A program made the position numbers and the translations under genes. From a bacterium (GTDB lineage Bacteria; UBP15; UBA6099; DSWB01): 42,021 nt of DNA. Of the stretch, positions 15,701-23,140 are shown piece by piece (position 1 is the stretch's first letter; every line of letters starts with the position of its first letter). A model generated the notes under the pieces. It did no database searches. It was not told the origin of the DNA and saw only the letters and a program-made list of their open reading frames with translations. The stretch spans positions 1 through 42,021 of the forward strand of contig JAGUYV010000078.1 of NCBI GenBank assembly GCA_020061125.1. The letters run 5' to 3'.

Positions 15701-17671
15701 CAGGGTAATGTCCGGATATGTCGCGCCGAACAGGGCTGCGACCGTGGCGAGTTTCTCGGCGGAGATGAGCGCGTTCTCTGCAAGGCGGTTACCTGTCTTG
15801 AGCGAGATGCGGGACAGGGCGGTGCCCTGGTGGTAGTACGCCATGTCGCGCGCGGTGAGCGGAATGTCGCCCTCGCCCTTAAGGAGCTGCAGGTTCACAT
15901 TCTTGAAGAACAGTTCCGCGCCCGTTCCGTTGATGTCAATTTTCGGCAACAGCTTTCGCAAGTAATCGCCCTGCCCGGCCAGCCAGGCCGTGGGAGGCTT
16001 GAAATCCCCGGCGTCCAGGCGCACATCGTAATCCAGGCCGTAGGAGGCGAATTCCTCGAAGCCCGTATACAGGTTTGAGCGCAGGGAGTCCGGGTCCGCG
16101 CTGGACATGCTGTATGGGCTGCGCTTGTGCAGGACCGTGGAGCCGTCCAGGGCCGCGTGGCGGAAGATGGGCGGGAAGCCCACGATGCCCTTGGACCACA
16201 TCGCGCCCTGGCCCCCGGTTTCGAGCACAATCTGCGACAACTGCGCCGCATGCCCGAAAATGTCCCAGCCCATGTACACCGTGGGGTCCGCGCCCAGCAC
16301 ATTTTTGTGGAACAGCTTGCCGTACACGATGTTGCGCGCGAGGCCCTCGCCGCTGATGAGCTTTTCCACGGGCTGGTTGTACGCGCCGCCGGTTCCGATG
16401 CGGCCCTCTTTAATCATCTGCTTGAGCGGCTCGCGCAGCTCGGGGTACATGTCGAAAAACGGTTTCAGATAGGAGATTTCGGAAAGGTACGCGCCGTAGG
16501 ACGGATCGGCCTGGGCCAGGAGCACATTCTGGCGCGCGCTGCCGATGAGCGCCACGGAATAATCGCGCTGGTCCTCGATCCACACCGGGTCCGCGTGGAA
16601 GCCCGTCACATAGTAAATGGCCTGATCGCGCTTTGGCAGAGCCGCGCCCGCGGTGAACTGCGTGGGCACGGTGTGCGACATCCCGGCCGCGGTCACGGTG
16701 ATGCGGGCGCTGATGGTCTGACCGGGCGCATTCGCGGGCACGGGCAGGGCCAGGCGCAGCGACGCGTGCGTGTTGCCGGGAAGATACAGTTTGGCCGCGT
16801 CCTGACCGTTCTGCTTGTCGCTCTGGATTTTAACTTCCACATTTTCAATGGCGTCGGAGCCGCTGTTGGCCACGGTCATGGTGAATTCCATGGCCGGGAA
16901 ACGCGCGGACCCGTGGTAATAGCCTGTGGGCTGGAGGTTGGTCTGCATGTACACGGGCGTGCCGGGCACTCGCTGCATGGGTCCTGCCTTGAGGCTCATG
17001 CACAGGCCCGAGCCGTTCGCCAGAACCGGGGACACGGAACGCACGAACCCGACAACCTCTGGCAGGGGCTGCTGCAGGGTTTCGGCCGCGCGCTCATAAC
17101 GCAGCCCGCCGAACTTGATGAGCAGCAGGTTCACCCCGCTCTTGAGCTGCACGAGAAGTTTCTCGCGCCCGGTTTCGCCCAGCGCGCCGGGCGCGCTGCG
17201 CAGCGCCAGCTCGTGGTTCACCCACACGGTTGCGCCGGTGAGCGTTTCCATGTCCAGAAACAGGGCCGCATCGCGGATGGAATCAATGTAAACCGCGGCG
17301 TACATAGTGCTCTCGGGCATGCCCGAATACAATGGTCCGAGGTCAATCAGCCCGGAGTCCGCGGACAACTTCTGCCACAGGGCCTGGCCTTTTTCGCCGC
17401 GCGCGTGCGCCATGCCCACCTCGGGCTTGATCGCCGCCTCGCCGCCCTGGTCTTCGAGAAAATCCTTGTCCGGCAACTGCGCGCGGCGGGCCACCACCAT
17501 GCCCGTGTACCCGCCCGGCAACCCCGCGGAAAATTTCCCGATCACCATCCATTGGGGGATGTATCCCCTGTTGTTGATTTCATCGAGAGTGACCGTGACG
17601 CGCTCTCCCGCCACCGCGGCCGCGCACGCGAACACAAGAAATGCAGCTAATGCAAAAACGGTCCGTCTCAT
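12722..17671 (-). CDS. Very large exported glycoside hydrolase family 38 (alpha-mannosidase-like) multidomain protein
   Basis: GH38 metal-ligand/nucleophile motifs are present: YYVTGFHADPVW (H-x-D) and YMGWDIFGHAAQ (D-x-FGH). The ATG at 17671 is preceded by GGAGG. It opens with a signal peptide, MRRTVFALAAFLVFACAAAVAGE. Length is about 1649 aa. The ORF-track extension to 17782 overlaps the promoter and is rejected. Confidence 0.8.
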   Translation of the reverse strand: MRRTVFALAAFLVFACAAAVAGERVTVTLDEINNRGYIPQWMVIGKFSAGLPGGYTGMVVARRAQLPDKDFLEDQGGEAAIKPEVGMAHARGEKGQALWQKLSADSGLIDLGPLYSGMPESTMYAAVYIDSIRDAALFLDMETLTGATVWVNHELALRSAPGALGETGREKLLVQLKSGVNLLLIKFGGLRYERAAETLQQPLPEVVGFVRSVSPVLANGSGLCMSLKAGPMQRVPGTPVYMQTNLQPTGYYHGSARFPAMEFTMTVANSGSDAIENVEVKIQSDKQNGQDAAKLYLPGNTHASLRLALPVPANAPGQTISARITVTAAGMSHTVPTQFTAGAALPKRDQAIYYVTGFHADPVWIEDQRDYSVALIGSARQNVLLAQADPSYGAYLSEISYLKPFFDMYPELREPLKQMIKEGRIGTGGAYNQPVEKLISGEGLARNIVYGKLFHKNVLGADPTVYMGWDIFGHAAQLSQIVLETGGQGAMWSKGIVGFPPIFRHAALDGSTVLHKRSPYSMSSADPDSLRSNLYTGFEEFASYGLDYDVRLDAGDFKPPTAWLAGQGDYLRKLLPKIDINGTGAELFFKNVNLQLLKGEGDIPLTARDMAYYHQGTALSRISLKTGNRLAENALISAEKLATVAALFGATYPDITLDKAWRQLLFGQHHDAITGTINDKSYLDLMQGYREALELAAGVLDKSAAHIGRFIDTQPPSGVPAGAIPIAVFNPLNWSRKDVARAVVEFGDQAPGGFFVADASGAMIPFEIERADRDTNTVTILFLAEKVPEMGYTTYFVVPADQMPEGTVPGKSEDVFIENSFYKLEVDPLKGGGIVSLYDKINGKQVMAPGNGVGNDIAALKENPVRNEPPWEVYTTGDKKFSSEKPALVEKTAGAITERLIIRGAVGDTGKEQEIILYKDLPRIDFITRIVDYRGTDDMFVVTFPVDVANAVPVFEERYGALVRHKSKGKLNFQTWQMRNYSGHGAEAAYQWLDQSHSGLLEFRDDEGQTQASFALGMMGLITDHQSSTRAAADKITLSLIRKGIPSTPWFDDADEKRLAALPRSDSTMPEDMNFDLNFGTSFRISINSGTNNAFTRSVFKELDPALVQQFEADVTEKGFAYLFVLDPTSPDDWPPVPLLILKALDDEALQRAADALAADFDADAVITLGAAVNASGSDQRVEDYGVALLNKGTVFNSIENDGTMAMALMHTASFFRRLPFPFIPEQRTAVFPYALVPHKGNWRDAAMYRTGYEYNNPLIAMQLETHMGDLPRGGMSFLTTRGDTLVLTAMKPRGNPTASLAFTPQTPRENIMLRYYEASGFSQQASVEAFTGIRKALWSNMLEQDDFGRLPVETGTLKLDMGAFDIRTIGYAPQNPPALQLPAALGPVTEPFSPVFNKFWLHNNGAAPMGYLPVSIGLRGDIQTKIHISQGGVSVNEVEVFVNNDYIDRKVEGKVRIVTPPDWRAVPAEFDYVLQPGQTFAKKVAILFLGSGRDGVIKAQTEHGGQILQDILEVGDHKLDLVSARFEDGAVSVTLRNPTAQSIEGELYLITPLETWGAGLVDEFALARVTPRMIGFAVPAGMDRTYSFTLAGAWAADTHPAPWAVIKGAYNGRVFYSEIDNIDNIKAKDLRPSAPRRSFTDPVGPGLK

Positions 17672-17746
17672 TCCGAACCTCCAGAAAATCATTTCCGCAA
17701 AGCAAAGGCGGAAATGGTATTTTGAGCAAAACGCTCTTTTATGAGG

Positions 17747-17776
17747 ATTATATACCAACCAATACAGAACAATCAA
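17747..17776 (-). promoter_or_regulatory. Sigma-70-type promoter for the GH38 gene (TTGATT-N18-TATAAT)
   Basis: The minus strand reads TTGATT (17776-17771), an 18-nt spacer, then TATAAT (17752-17747). A 7-bp hairpin, TTTCCGC-N9-GCGGAAA (17692-17714), lies in the predicted 5' UTR. Confidence 0.45.
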
Positions 17777-17980
17777 ATACAATTGATTAAAAAATAATAC
17801 AAATGCGCAAAATCAGCAACTTTGCAGCAATTCATGTTCCCTTGCCCCACTGCCTTAACATTATGAAATTTGGAGTTTGTAATATCTGATTAAATGACAA
17901 ACATTTTATATGAAAAGCCTCCAGTGTTGCGAATACCCCTAATTTGTTGCCGCACACAGAGCCGCATTTTTCATTTACCC

Positions 17981-18009
17981 TTGACGCTGCGGCGCGCCGC
18001 TCTTATATT
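17981..18009 (+). promoter_or_regulatory. Sigma-70-type promoter of the fur-feoA/feo operon (TTGACG-N17-TATATT)
   Basis: TTGACG at 17981-17986, a 17-nt spacer, and TATATT at 18004-18009. Confidence 0.5.
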
Positions 18010-18022
18010 GCAATTGGTGAAC

Positions 18023-18044
18023 AATGTTAGTTTGCCCTAACATT
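18023..18044. promoter_or_regulatory. Candidate operator: perfect 8-bp inverted repeat AATGTTAG-N6-CTAACATT
   Basis: Lies between the -10 box and the GGAGG ribosome-binding site of the first regulator gene. This is the position expected for a repressor operator. Confidence 0.4.
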
Positions 18045-18056
18045 CGAGGAGGCCTC

Positions 18057-18740
18057 ATGCCGGAACACGAAAAAAATTTCAAGGAACAGATTTTGAACAT
18101 CACCCGGCAGACGGGCGCGGTTCTCACCCCCACGCAACTGAAGATACTCGATGTTTTTCACGACACCAGCGTTCATGTGAACGCTTCACAGCTTACGGAC
18201 ATGTGCCGCGAAAAAGGCATTGATACGGATGAGGAAAGTGTCAAGCAGATGCTGGACCTGTTCGTGCGCTACGGGGCGGCCCTGCGGCACGAGTTCCACT
18301 TGGACGGCGTGGTGAGCGAAGAGTACGAACACCGCCACCTCACGGATCACCACGATCACTTGGCCTGCGTCAAGTGCGGCGGGGTTCAGGACATTTTTGA
18401 CGCCCGGCTTGAAGACGCGCAGTCGGACGCGTGCCGCGCCAACGGGTTCTCCCCCCTGTGGCACCGCACGGTGATTTACGGCATTTGCTCCCAGTGCGCG
18501 GGCCAGCGCGAGCCGACCCTGCCGTTGAGCTTTGCGTCCCGCGGCGAACGCGTCATCGTCAAGCAGATCCGCGGCGGCGACACCTTCAAGCGCCGCCTCA
18601 CGGACATGGGCATCATCCCGAACCTGGAGCTTGAGGTTTTGAACAACGACGGCCCCATGCTGGTCGCGGCCCGGGATTCCCGCGTGGCCCTGGGCATGGG
18701 CATGGCAGCCAAAATCATGGTTTCGCCCAAAAGAGACTGA
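18057..18740 (+). CDS. Fur-family regulator fused to a C-terminal FeoA domain
   Basis: Fur hallmarks HLTDHHDHLACVKCGG and GICSQCAG follow a winged-helix N-terminus. The C-terminal LSFASRGERVIVKQIRGGDTFKRRLTDMGIIPNLELEVL...IMV matches the FeoA/SH3-like domain. The ATG at 18057 is preceded by GGAGG; the ATG at 18024 lies inside the operator. Confidence 0.8.
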   Translation: MPEHEKNFKEQILNITRQTGAVLTPTQLKILDVFHDTSVHVNASQLTDMCREKGIDTDEESVKQMLDLFVRYGAALRHEFHLDGVVSEEYEHRHLTDHHDHLACVKCGGVQDIFDARLEDAQSDACRANGFSPLWHRTVIYGICSQCAGQREPTLPLSFASRGERVIVKQIRGGDTFKRRLTDMGIIPNLELEVLNNDGPMLVAARDSRVALGMGMAAKIMVSPKRD

Positions 18741-18760
18741 CCCGAGGCTGGAGGCCCCGC

Positions 18761-19453
18761 ATGGACGGCGTGTCCCTGACCCCCAACATGGAAGACTACC
18801 TCGAGGCGATTTTCTACCTCAAGAACCTCGACCCTGTGGTGCGCGTGCGCGACATCGCCCGCCACCTCGAAGTGACCATGCCAAGCGTCAGCGACGCGGT
18901 CAAGACGCTCAAGAAACAGGGCCTGGTGCGCCACGAGCCTTACGGCCATGTGGAGCTGACGGACCAGGGCGAAATCCTGGCGCGCAAACTGCTCATGCGC
19001 CACCAGCAGCTCACGCATTTTCTGCGCGACATCCTGGGCGTGGACTCCGAGACCGCGGAATCAGACGCGTGCCGCATCGAGCATGTGGTCAGCCACGAGT
19101 CCATGGAGCGGCTCCTGGCCCTCATCGGAGCCATCGAAAGCTGCACGGACAAAAACTGCTCCATGAGCGCGCGCAACAAGAAAAACCGGGTGCTGATACC
19201 CGAGGTCACGCTGCGGCACAGCGGCACGGCCGGGCTGCACACCCTGGCGCCCGGCGGCACCGCGCAGGTGGCCGGGGTCTCCCCGCATAAAACCTTGCGC
19301 CGCCGCCTGCTGGACATGGGCTTCACGCACGGCGCGCATGTGCAGATGTGCGAGGGGCAGAAACACGGCGCCCCGTACGATGTGCGCATCAAGGGCTACA
19401 CCATTTCGCTGACAAAAAAACAAGCCGAACTCGTGCAAATTCACAACACTTGA
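18761..19453 (+). CDS. DtxR/MntR-family metal-dependent repressor with C-terminal FeoA (SH3-like) domain
   Basis: MEDYLEAIFYL...VRVRDIARHLEVTMPSVSDAVKTLKKQGLV...LTDQGEILARKLLMRHQQLTHFL is the DtxR N-terminal and dimerisation region. The C-terminal LAPGGTAQVAGVSPHKTLRRRLLDMGFTHGAHVQM...IKGYTISL is FeoA-like. GGAGG lies 7 nt upstream. Confidence 0.85.
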   Translation: MDGVSLTPNMEDYLEAIFYLKNLDPVVRVRDIARHLEVTMPSVSDAVKTLKKQGLVRHEPYGHVELTDQGEILARKLLMRHQQLTHFLRDILGVDSETAESDACRIEHVVSHESMERLLALIGAIESCTDKNCSMSARNKKNRVLIPEVTLRHSGTAGLHTLAPGGTAQVAGVSPHKTLRRRLLDMGFTHGAHVQMCEGQKHGAPYDVRIKGYTISLTKKQAELVQIHNT

Positions 19454-19466
19454 GGAATGCATCAAC

Positions 19467-19754
19467 ATGACTGGCAAACACAACGCAGCAACCTGCAAAA
19501 CGCCGCCCGCCCCGGCCACGCTGGACCGCATGGAACCGGGCAGCATGTGCCGCGTGATTCGCGTGGGACTCAAAGGCCCCCTGCGCCGCAGGCTCATGGA
19601 CATGGGCATCGTCAACGGCGCGCCCGTGGAAATCGTGCGCGTCGCACCCCTGGGCGATCCCATGGAACTCAAAATCAAAGGCTATCTCCTGTCCGTGCGC
19701 AAGGAAGACGCCAAACACATCACGGTGGAAATCCATGAAGACCAACCAGGCTGA
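19467..19754 (+). CDS. feoA: Ferrous iron transport protein A (stand-alone FeoA)
   Basis: LDRMEPGSMCRVIRVGLKGPLRRRLMDMGIVNGAPVEIVRVAPLGDPMELKIKGYLLSVRKEDAKHI is a full FeoA domain. It overlaps the feoB start. Confidence 0.85.
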   Translation: MTGKHNAATCKTPPAPATLDRMEPGSMCRVIRVGLKGPLRRRLMDMGIVNGAPVEIVRVAPLGDPMELKIKGYLLSVRKEDAKHITVEIHEDQPG

Positions 19755-21960
19755 CAACGCCGCGAAGAGCCTCCCGCGCGACCGAAACCGGCCTCTGACC
19801 ATGGCCATCGCCGGCAACCCCAACGCAGGCAAAACCACTCTTTTCAACACCCTGTCCGGCGCGCGCCAGCATGTGGGAAACTGGCCCGGCGTCACGGTCG
19901 AGAAAAAAGAGGGTTCCTTCGATTACCACGGGCGCACCATCCACATCGTGGACCTGCCCGGCACTTACAGCCTCACCGCCTATTCCATGGAGGAAGTGAT
20001 CGCCCGCGACTACATCCTCACCGAGACCCCGGATGTGGTGGTCAACATCGTGGACGCTTCCAACCTGGAGCGCAACCTGTACCTGACGGTTCAGCTTCTC
20101 GAATTGGGCGCGCCGGTAATCATCGCGCTGAACATGGTGGATGTGGCCGAGGGGCGCGGCATCCGCATTGATCACAATCAGCTTGGAACGCTCCTTGGCG
20201 TGCCCGTAATTCCCATGGTGGCGCGAACGGGCAAGGGCCGGGACGAACTCATGCGCGCGGTGCTCGACCCGCCGCCGCCCGCGCAGTTGCGCGTGAACTA
20301 CGGACGCGATCTTGAAAACGCGATCCAGAAGCTGTGCGGCACCATGGACGCCTCGCCCGGAACGCCCCCGCCCGCTGGCGGCGCGCGCCACGCCGCGGTC
20401 AAGCTCCTCGAAAACGATTCCGTGTACGAAAAGAAACTCCGGGATTCTTTCGGCCCGGACATCGTGGACCGTAAAAACCGCCTGGCCGCGCGCATCGAGC
20501 AGACCCTGGCCGACGACACCGAAACCCTGCTCGTGGACCGCCGCTACGGATACATCAGCGGCCTGATCCGCGAGGTGGTGTCGCGCCCGGCCATGGACAA
20601 GCGCACCATGACGGACAACATTGACGCCGTGCTCACCCACCGCGCGCTCGGCCTGCCCTTTTTCATCTTCGCAATGTGGGCCACATTCCAGGCCACCTTC
20701 ACCCTGGGCGCAAAACCCATGGAGTGGCTCGACATGTTCTTCGGGTGGCTGGGCGGCGTATTCGCGGCCCTGCTCGGCGACACGCTTATCGGCTCCATGG
20801 TGGTGGACGGCGTGATCGGCGGCGTGGGCGGGGTGTTGAGCTTCCTGCCCAACATCCTGATCCTGTTTTTCGCCATCGCCATGCTCGAGGACACGGGCTA
20901 CATGGCCCGGGCCGCGTTCATTATGGACAAGGTCATGCACAAGCTGCACCTGCACGGCAAATCGTTCATTCCCCTGCTGGTGGGGTTCGGGTGCACCGTG
21001 CCCGCGATCATGGCCACGCGCACGCTCGAAAACCGCAAGGACCGCATCGTGACCATCCTCGTGGCGCCGCTCATGAGCTGCGGCGCGCGCCTGCCCGTGT
21101 ATGTGCTCCTGGCCGGCGCGTTTTTCTCCCCGGCCGCGGCTGGCAATGTCATCTTCTCCATTTACCTCATCGGCATCCTGTTCGCCATTTTCCTGGCGCG
21201 CATCTTCCGCACCAAGTTGCTCAAGGGCGACACTACGCCGTTCGTCATGGAACTACCGCCCTACCGCATGCCCACGCTCAAGAGCGTGCTCCTGCACATG
21301 TGGGAACGCGCCTGGATGTACATCAAGAAAGCGGGCACCACACTGCTGTCCATCGCCCTGCTCATGTGGGCGCTGATCACCTTCCCCCTCACCTTCCCCG
21401 GGCAGGACGCCATGGAGCGGGAACTGTCGCGCCGCGCGGCGGCCGTGGAACAGCGCGCCTCGGAACTCGGCGCCGCCCCGGGCGCGGATATCAAGGACGC
21501 GCGGTACAACGAACTTGTCGAGGCGGTCGAGGAGCAGGAGCGCGAGATCTCGTCCGCGCAGCTCCGGCACAGCCTGGCGGGCCGAGTGGGCCGGTTCATC
21601 GAGCCGGTTCTGCATCCCATCGGCTTCGACTGGAAAACCGGCATTGCGCTCATCTCCGGTTTCGCCGCCAAGGAAGTCATCGTCAGCACCATGGGCATCA
21701 TATACAGCGTGGGATCGAGCGCCGAAGCCTCCAGTGAACTCACCGGCGCTCTGCGCGCGGACCCCATCTTCACGCCCCTCACAGCTTATGTGCTCATGCT
21801 CTTCACCCTGCTCACCATCCCGTGCATGGCCACGGTCGCCGTGATCCACCGGGAAACCGGGTCCTGGAAATGGACCGCATTCTCGCTCGGCTACCATACC
21901 GTGCTGGCGTGGGTGGTGTGCTTCGTGGTGTACCAGGGCGGACGCCTCATCGGGCTGTGA
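19735..21960 (+). CDS. feoB: Ferrous iron transporter FeoB
   Basis: The N-terminal G domain is IAGNPNAGKTTLFN...VDLPGTYSL...NMVD. It is followed by a large polytopic membrane domain with the FeoB gate motifs. Length 741 aa. Confidence 0.95.
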   Translation: MKTNQADNAAKSLPRDRNRPLTMAIAGNPNAGKTTLFNTLSGARQHVGNWPGVTVEKKEGSFDYHGRTIHIVDLPGTYSLTAYSMEEVIARDYILTETPDVVVNIVDASNLERNLYLTVQLLELGAPVIIALNMVDVAEGRGIRIDHNQLGTLLGVPVIPMVARTGKGRDELMRAVLDPPPPAQLRVNYGRDLENAIQKLCGTMDASPGTPPPAGGARHAAVKLLENDSVYEKKLRDSFGPDIVDRKNRLAARIEQTLADDTETLLVDRRYGYISGLIREVVSRPAMDKRTMTDNIDAVLTHRALGLPFFIFAMWATFQATFTLGAKPMEWLDMFFGWLGGVFAALLGDTLIGSMVVDGVIGGVGGVLSFLPNILILFFAIAMLEDTGYMARAAFIMDKVMHKLHLHGKSFIPLLVGFGCTVPAIMATRTLENRKDRIVTILVAPLMSCGARLPVYVLLAGAFFSPAAAGNVIFSIYLIGILFAIFLARIFRTKLLKGDTTPFVMELPPYRMPTLKSVLLHMWERAWMYIKKAGTTLLSIALLMWALITFPLTFPGQDAMERELSRRAAAVEQRASELGAAPGADIKDARYNELVEAVEEQEREISSAQLRHSLAGRVGRFIEPVLHPIGFDWKTGIALISGFAAKEVIVSTMGIIYSVGSSAEASSELTGALRADPIFTPLTAYVLMLFTLLTIPCMATVAVIHRETGSWKWTAFSLGYHTVLAWVVCFVVYQGGRLIGL

Positions 21961-21976
21961 CGCGCGGGTTCATTCT

Positions 21977-22011
21977 GTTGACTTTCTTTTCGTCAACAAG
22001 GCCGTTATAAT
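21977..22011 (+). promoter_or_regulatory. Possible promoter/operator of the MBL gene: GTTGAC-N9-GTCAAC inverted repeat plus TATAAT
   Basis: The 6-bp inverted-repeat arms lie at 21977-21982 and 21992-21997. TATAAT is at 22006-22011, 12 nt before the ATG at 22024. No good -35 element was found. Confidence 0.3.
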
Positions 22012-22023
22012 TGCATTGCCACC

Positions 22024-22965
22024 ATGAAACTGACCCGGCACATCTTCTTCTACAAAGGCGAAGACATCATCCCCCTATTCGGGTTGACTTCGAGCAACAC
22101 ATATATCATTCGCGGGGAACGGCTGACCATCGTGGATCCGGGTGCGGGCGTGGGTCCGCACCTGCGGCGCGTGGAAGCTGCCATGAAGCATGACAGGCTG
22201 CGCTTCGACAACATCATGAAAGTGATTCTCACGCACGCGCACCCGGACCACGCCCAGAGCCTGCGCGCCATCCGGGGCCGCCTCGTGGCGCAGATTTACT
22301 GCCACCCGCTCGAAAAGGACATCCTCGAAAACCCCGGTCTGCTGTGGGATCGGGAATACGAGCGCATGGGTCCGTTCGCGCGCGAAGTCATGATGCTGCC
22401 CCGGCCCTGGATCCAGTGGCTCGCGCGCGTGATGTTCGGCCCCATGGTCCCGGTGTCCGGCGACATCGTGGCTGTGCGCCACGGCGCGGCGCTGAACCTG
22501 GGCGCATCCGCGCGCGTGGTCGAGCTGCCCGGACACAGGCCCGGCGAAATCGGCATCCACATGCCGGACGACAATGCGCTCATCATCGGAGATTTGATCA
22601 ACTACAAGATGTACGACATTCCGTCCGTGAACATGCCGGAATCGGACCTGCGCCAGGCCATGGCTTCGATCCGGCTCATCCGTGAGCTGGATGTGGAAAC
22701 ACTGGCGCCCGCGCACGACTACCCGCTCACCGGGCGCATGAAGATCCGCGAGTGGCTGGACGATACACTGGCGCGCTGCGGCCGCATGATTGACCAGGCC
22801 GCGCAGGCCCTGGCCGCAAAGCCGGGCATCCCCCTGCCCCGCCTGGGCGCAATGCTGGCTGCGGGCAACGCCCACATCAACTTCTTCCAGCGCCGAATGC
22901 TCGCGTTCAACGCGCTCAAGGCACTGGAGCCGGAAGACAGGCTTTCAAAAGAAGATCACGAATAG
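22024..22965 (+). CDS. MBL-fold metallo-hydrolase
   Basis: Metallo-beta-lactamase motif ILTHAHPDHAQS and a downstream His/Asp ligand region (LPGHRPGE, GDL). ATG start. Confidence 0.85.
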   Translation: MKLTRHIFFYKGEDIIPLFGLTSSNTYIIRGERLTIVDPGAGVGPHLRRVEAAMKHDRLRFDNIMKVILTHAHPDHAQSLRAIRGRLVAQIYCHPLEKDILENPGLLWDREYERMGPFAREVMMLPRPWIQWLARVMFGPMVPVSGDIVAVRHGAALNLGASARVVELPGHRPGEIGIHMPDDNALIIGDLINYKMYDIPSVNMPESDLRQAMASIRLIRELDVETLAPAHDYPLTGRMKIREWLDDTLARCGRMIDQAAQALAAKPGIPLPRLGAMLAAGNAHINFFQRRMLAFNALKALEPEDRLSKEDHE

Positions 22966-23076
22966 ACACGAATAACGGCGAACGCACACGAACGGGGTTC
23001 CATACGCCTTGCGCTGGAGTCTCTCCGCGTCTCCGCGTTGTTCTTTTCAGCCTTTGTATGGCGGTGCTCACGCATG

Positions 23077-23109
23077 AAAAAAGCTCCCCTGCTGTGAGGG
23101 GAGCTTTTT
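23077..23109. terminator. Bidirectional rho-independent terminator
   Basis: AAAAAAGCTCCCCT-GCTGTG-AGGGGAGCTTTTT: a GC-rich stem flanked by an A-run and a T-run. It lies between the convergent MBL gene (end 22965) and the porin gene (end 23141). Confidence 0.7.
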
Positions 23110-23140
23110 GATGCAAAGGTTCGAGTTGCGGGGCGGTGGA

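Noticed and set aside
13871-16078. Very long ORFs antisense to real genes. Examples: 13871-16078 (+), 16127-17650 (+), 10172-12157 (+), 29298-30938 (+), 30987-32855 (+), 23108-24364 (+), 19720-20955 (-), 38342-39520 (+), 1240-2451 (+).
   Set aside because: Their translations are Arg/Gly/His/Ala-rich and low in complexity, with no motifs, starts or SD signals. Each lies exactly opposite a gene with clear family signatures. These are typical shadow ORFs of GC-rich DNA.
17672-17782. N-terminal extension of the GH38 ORF.
   Set aside because: It overlaps the TTGATT-N18-TATAAT promoter and an AT-rich leader. The ATG at 17671 has a GGAGG SD and opens directly with a signal peptide.
17902-17917. CATTTTATATGAAAAG as a Fur box upstream of the feo operon.
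   Set aside because: It is only an imperfect AT-rich palindrome and lies about 65 nt upstream of the -35 box. The 18023-18044 palindrome is better placed and is perfect.
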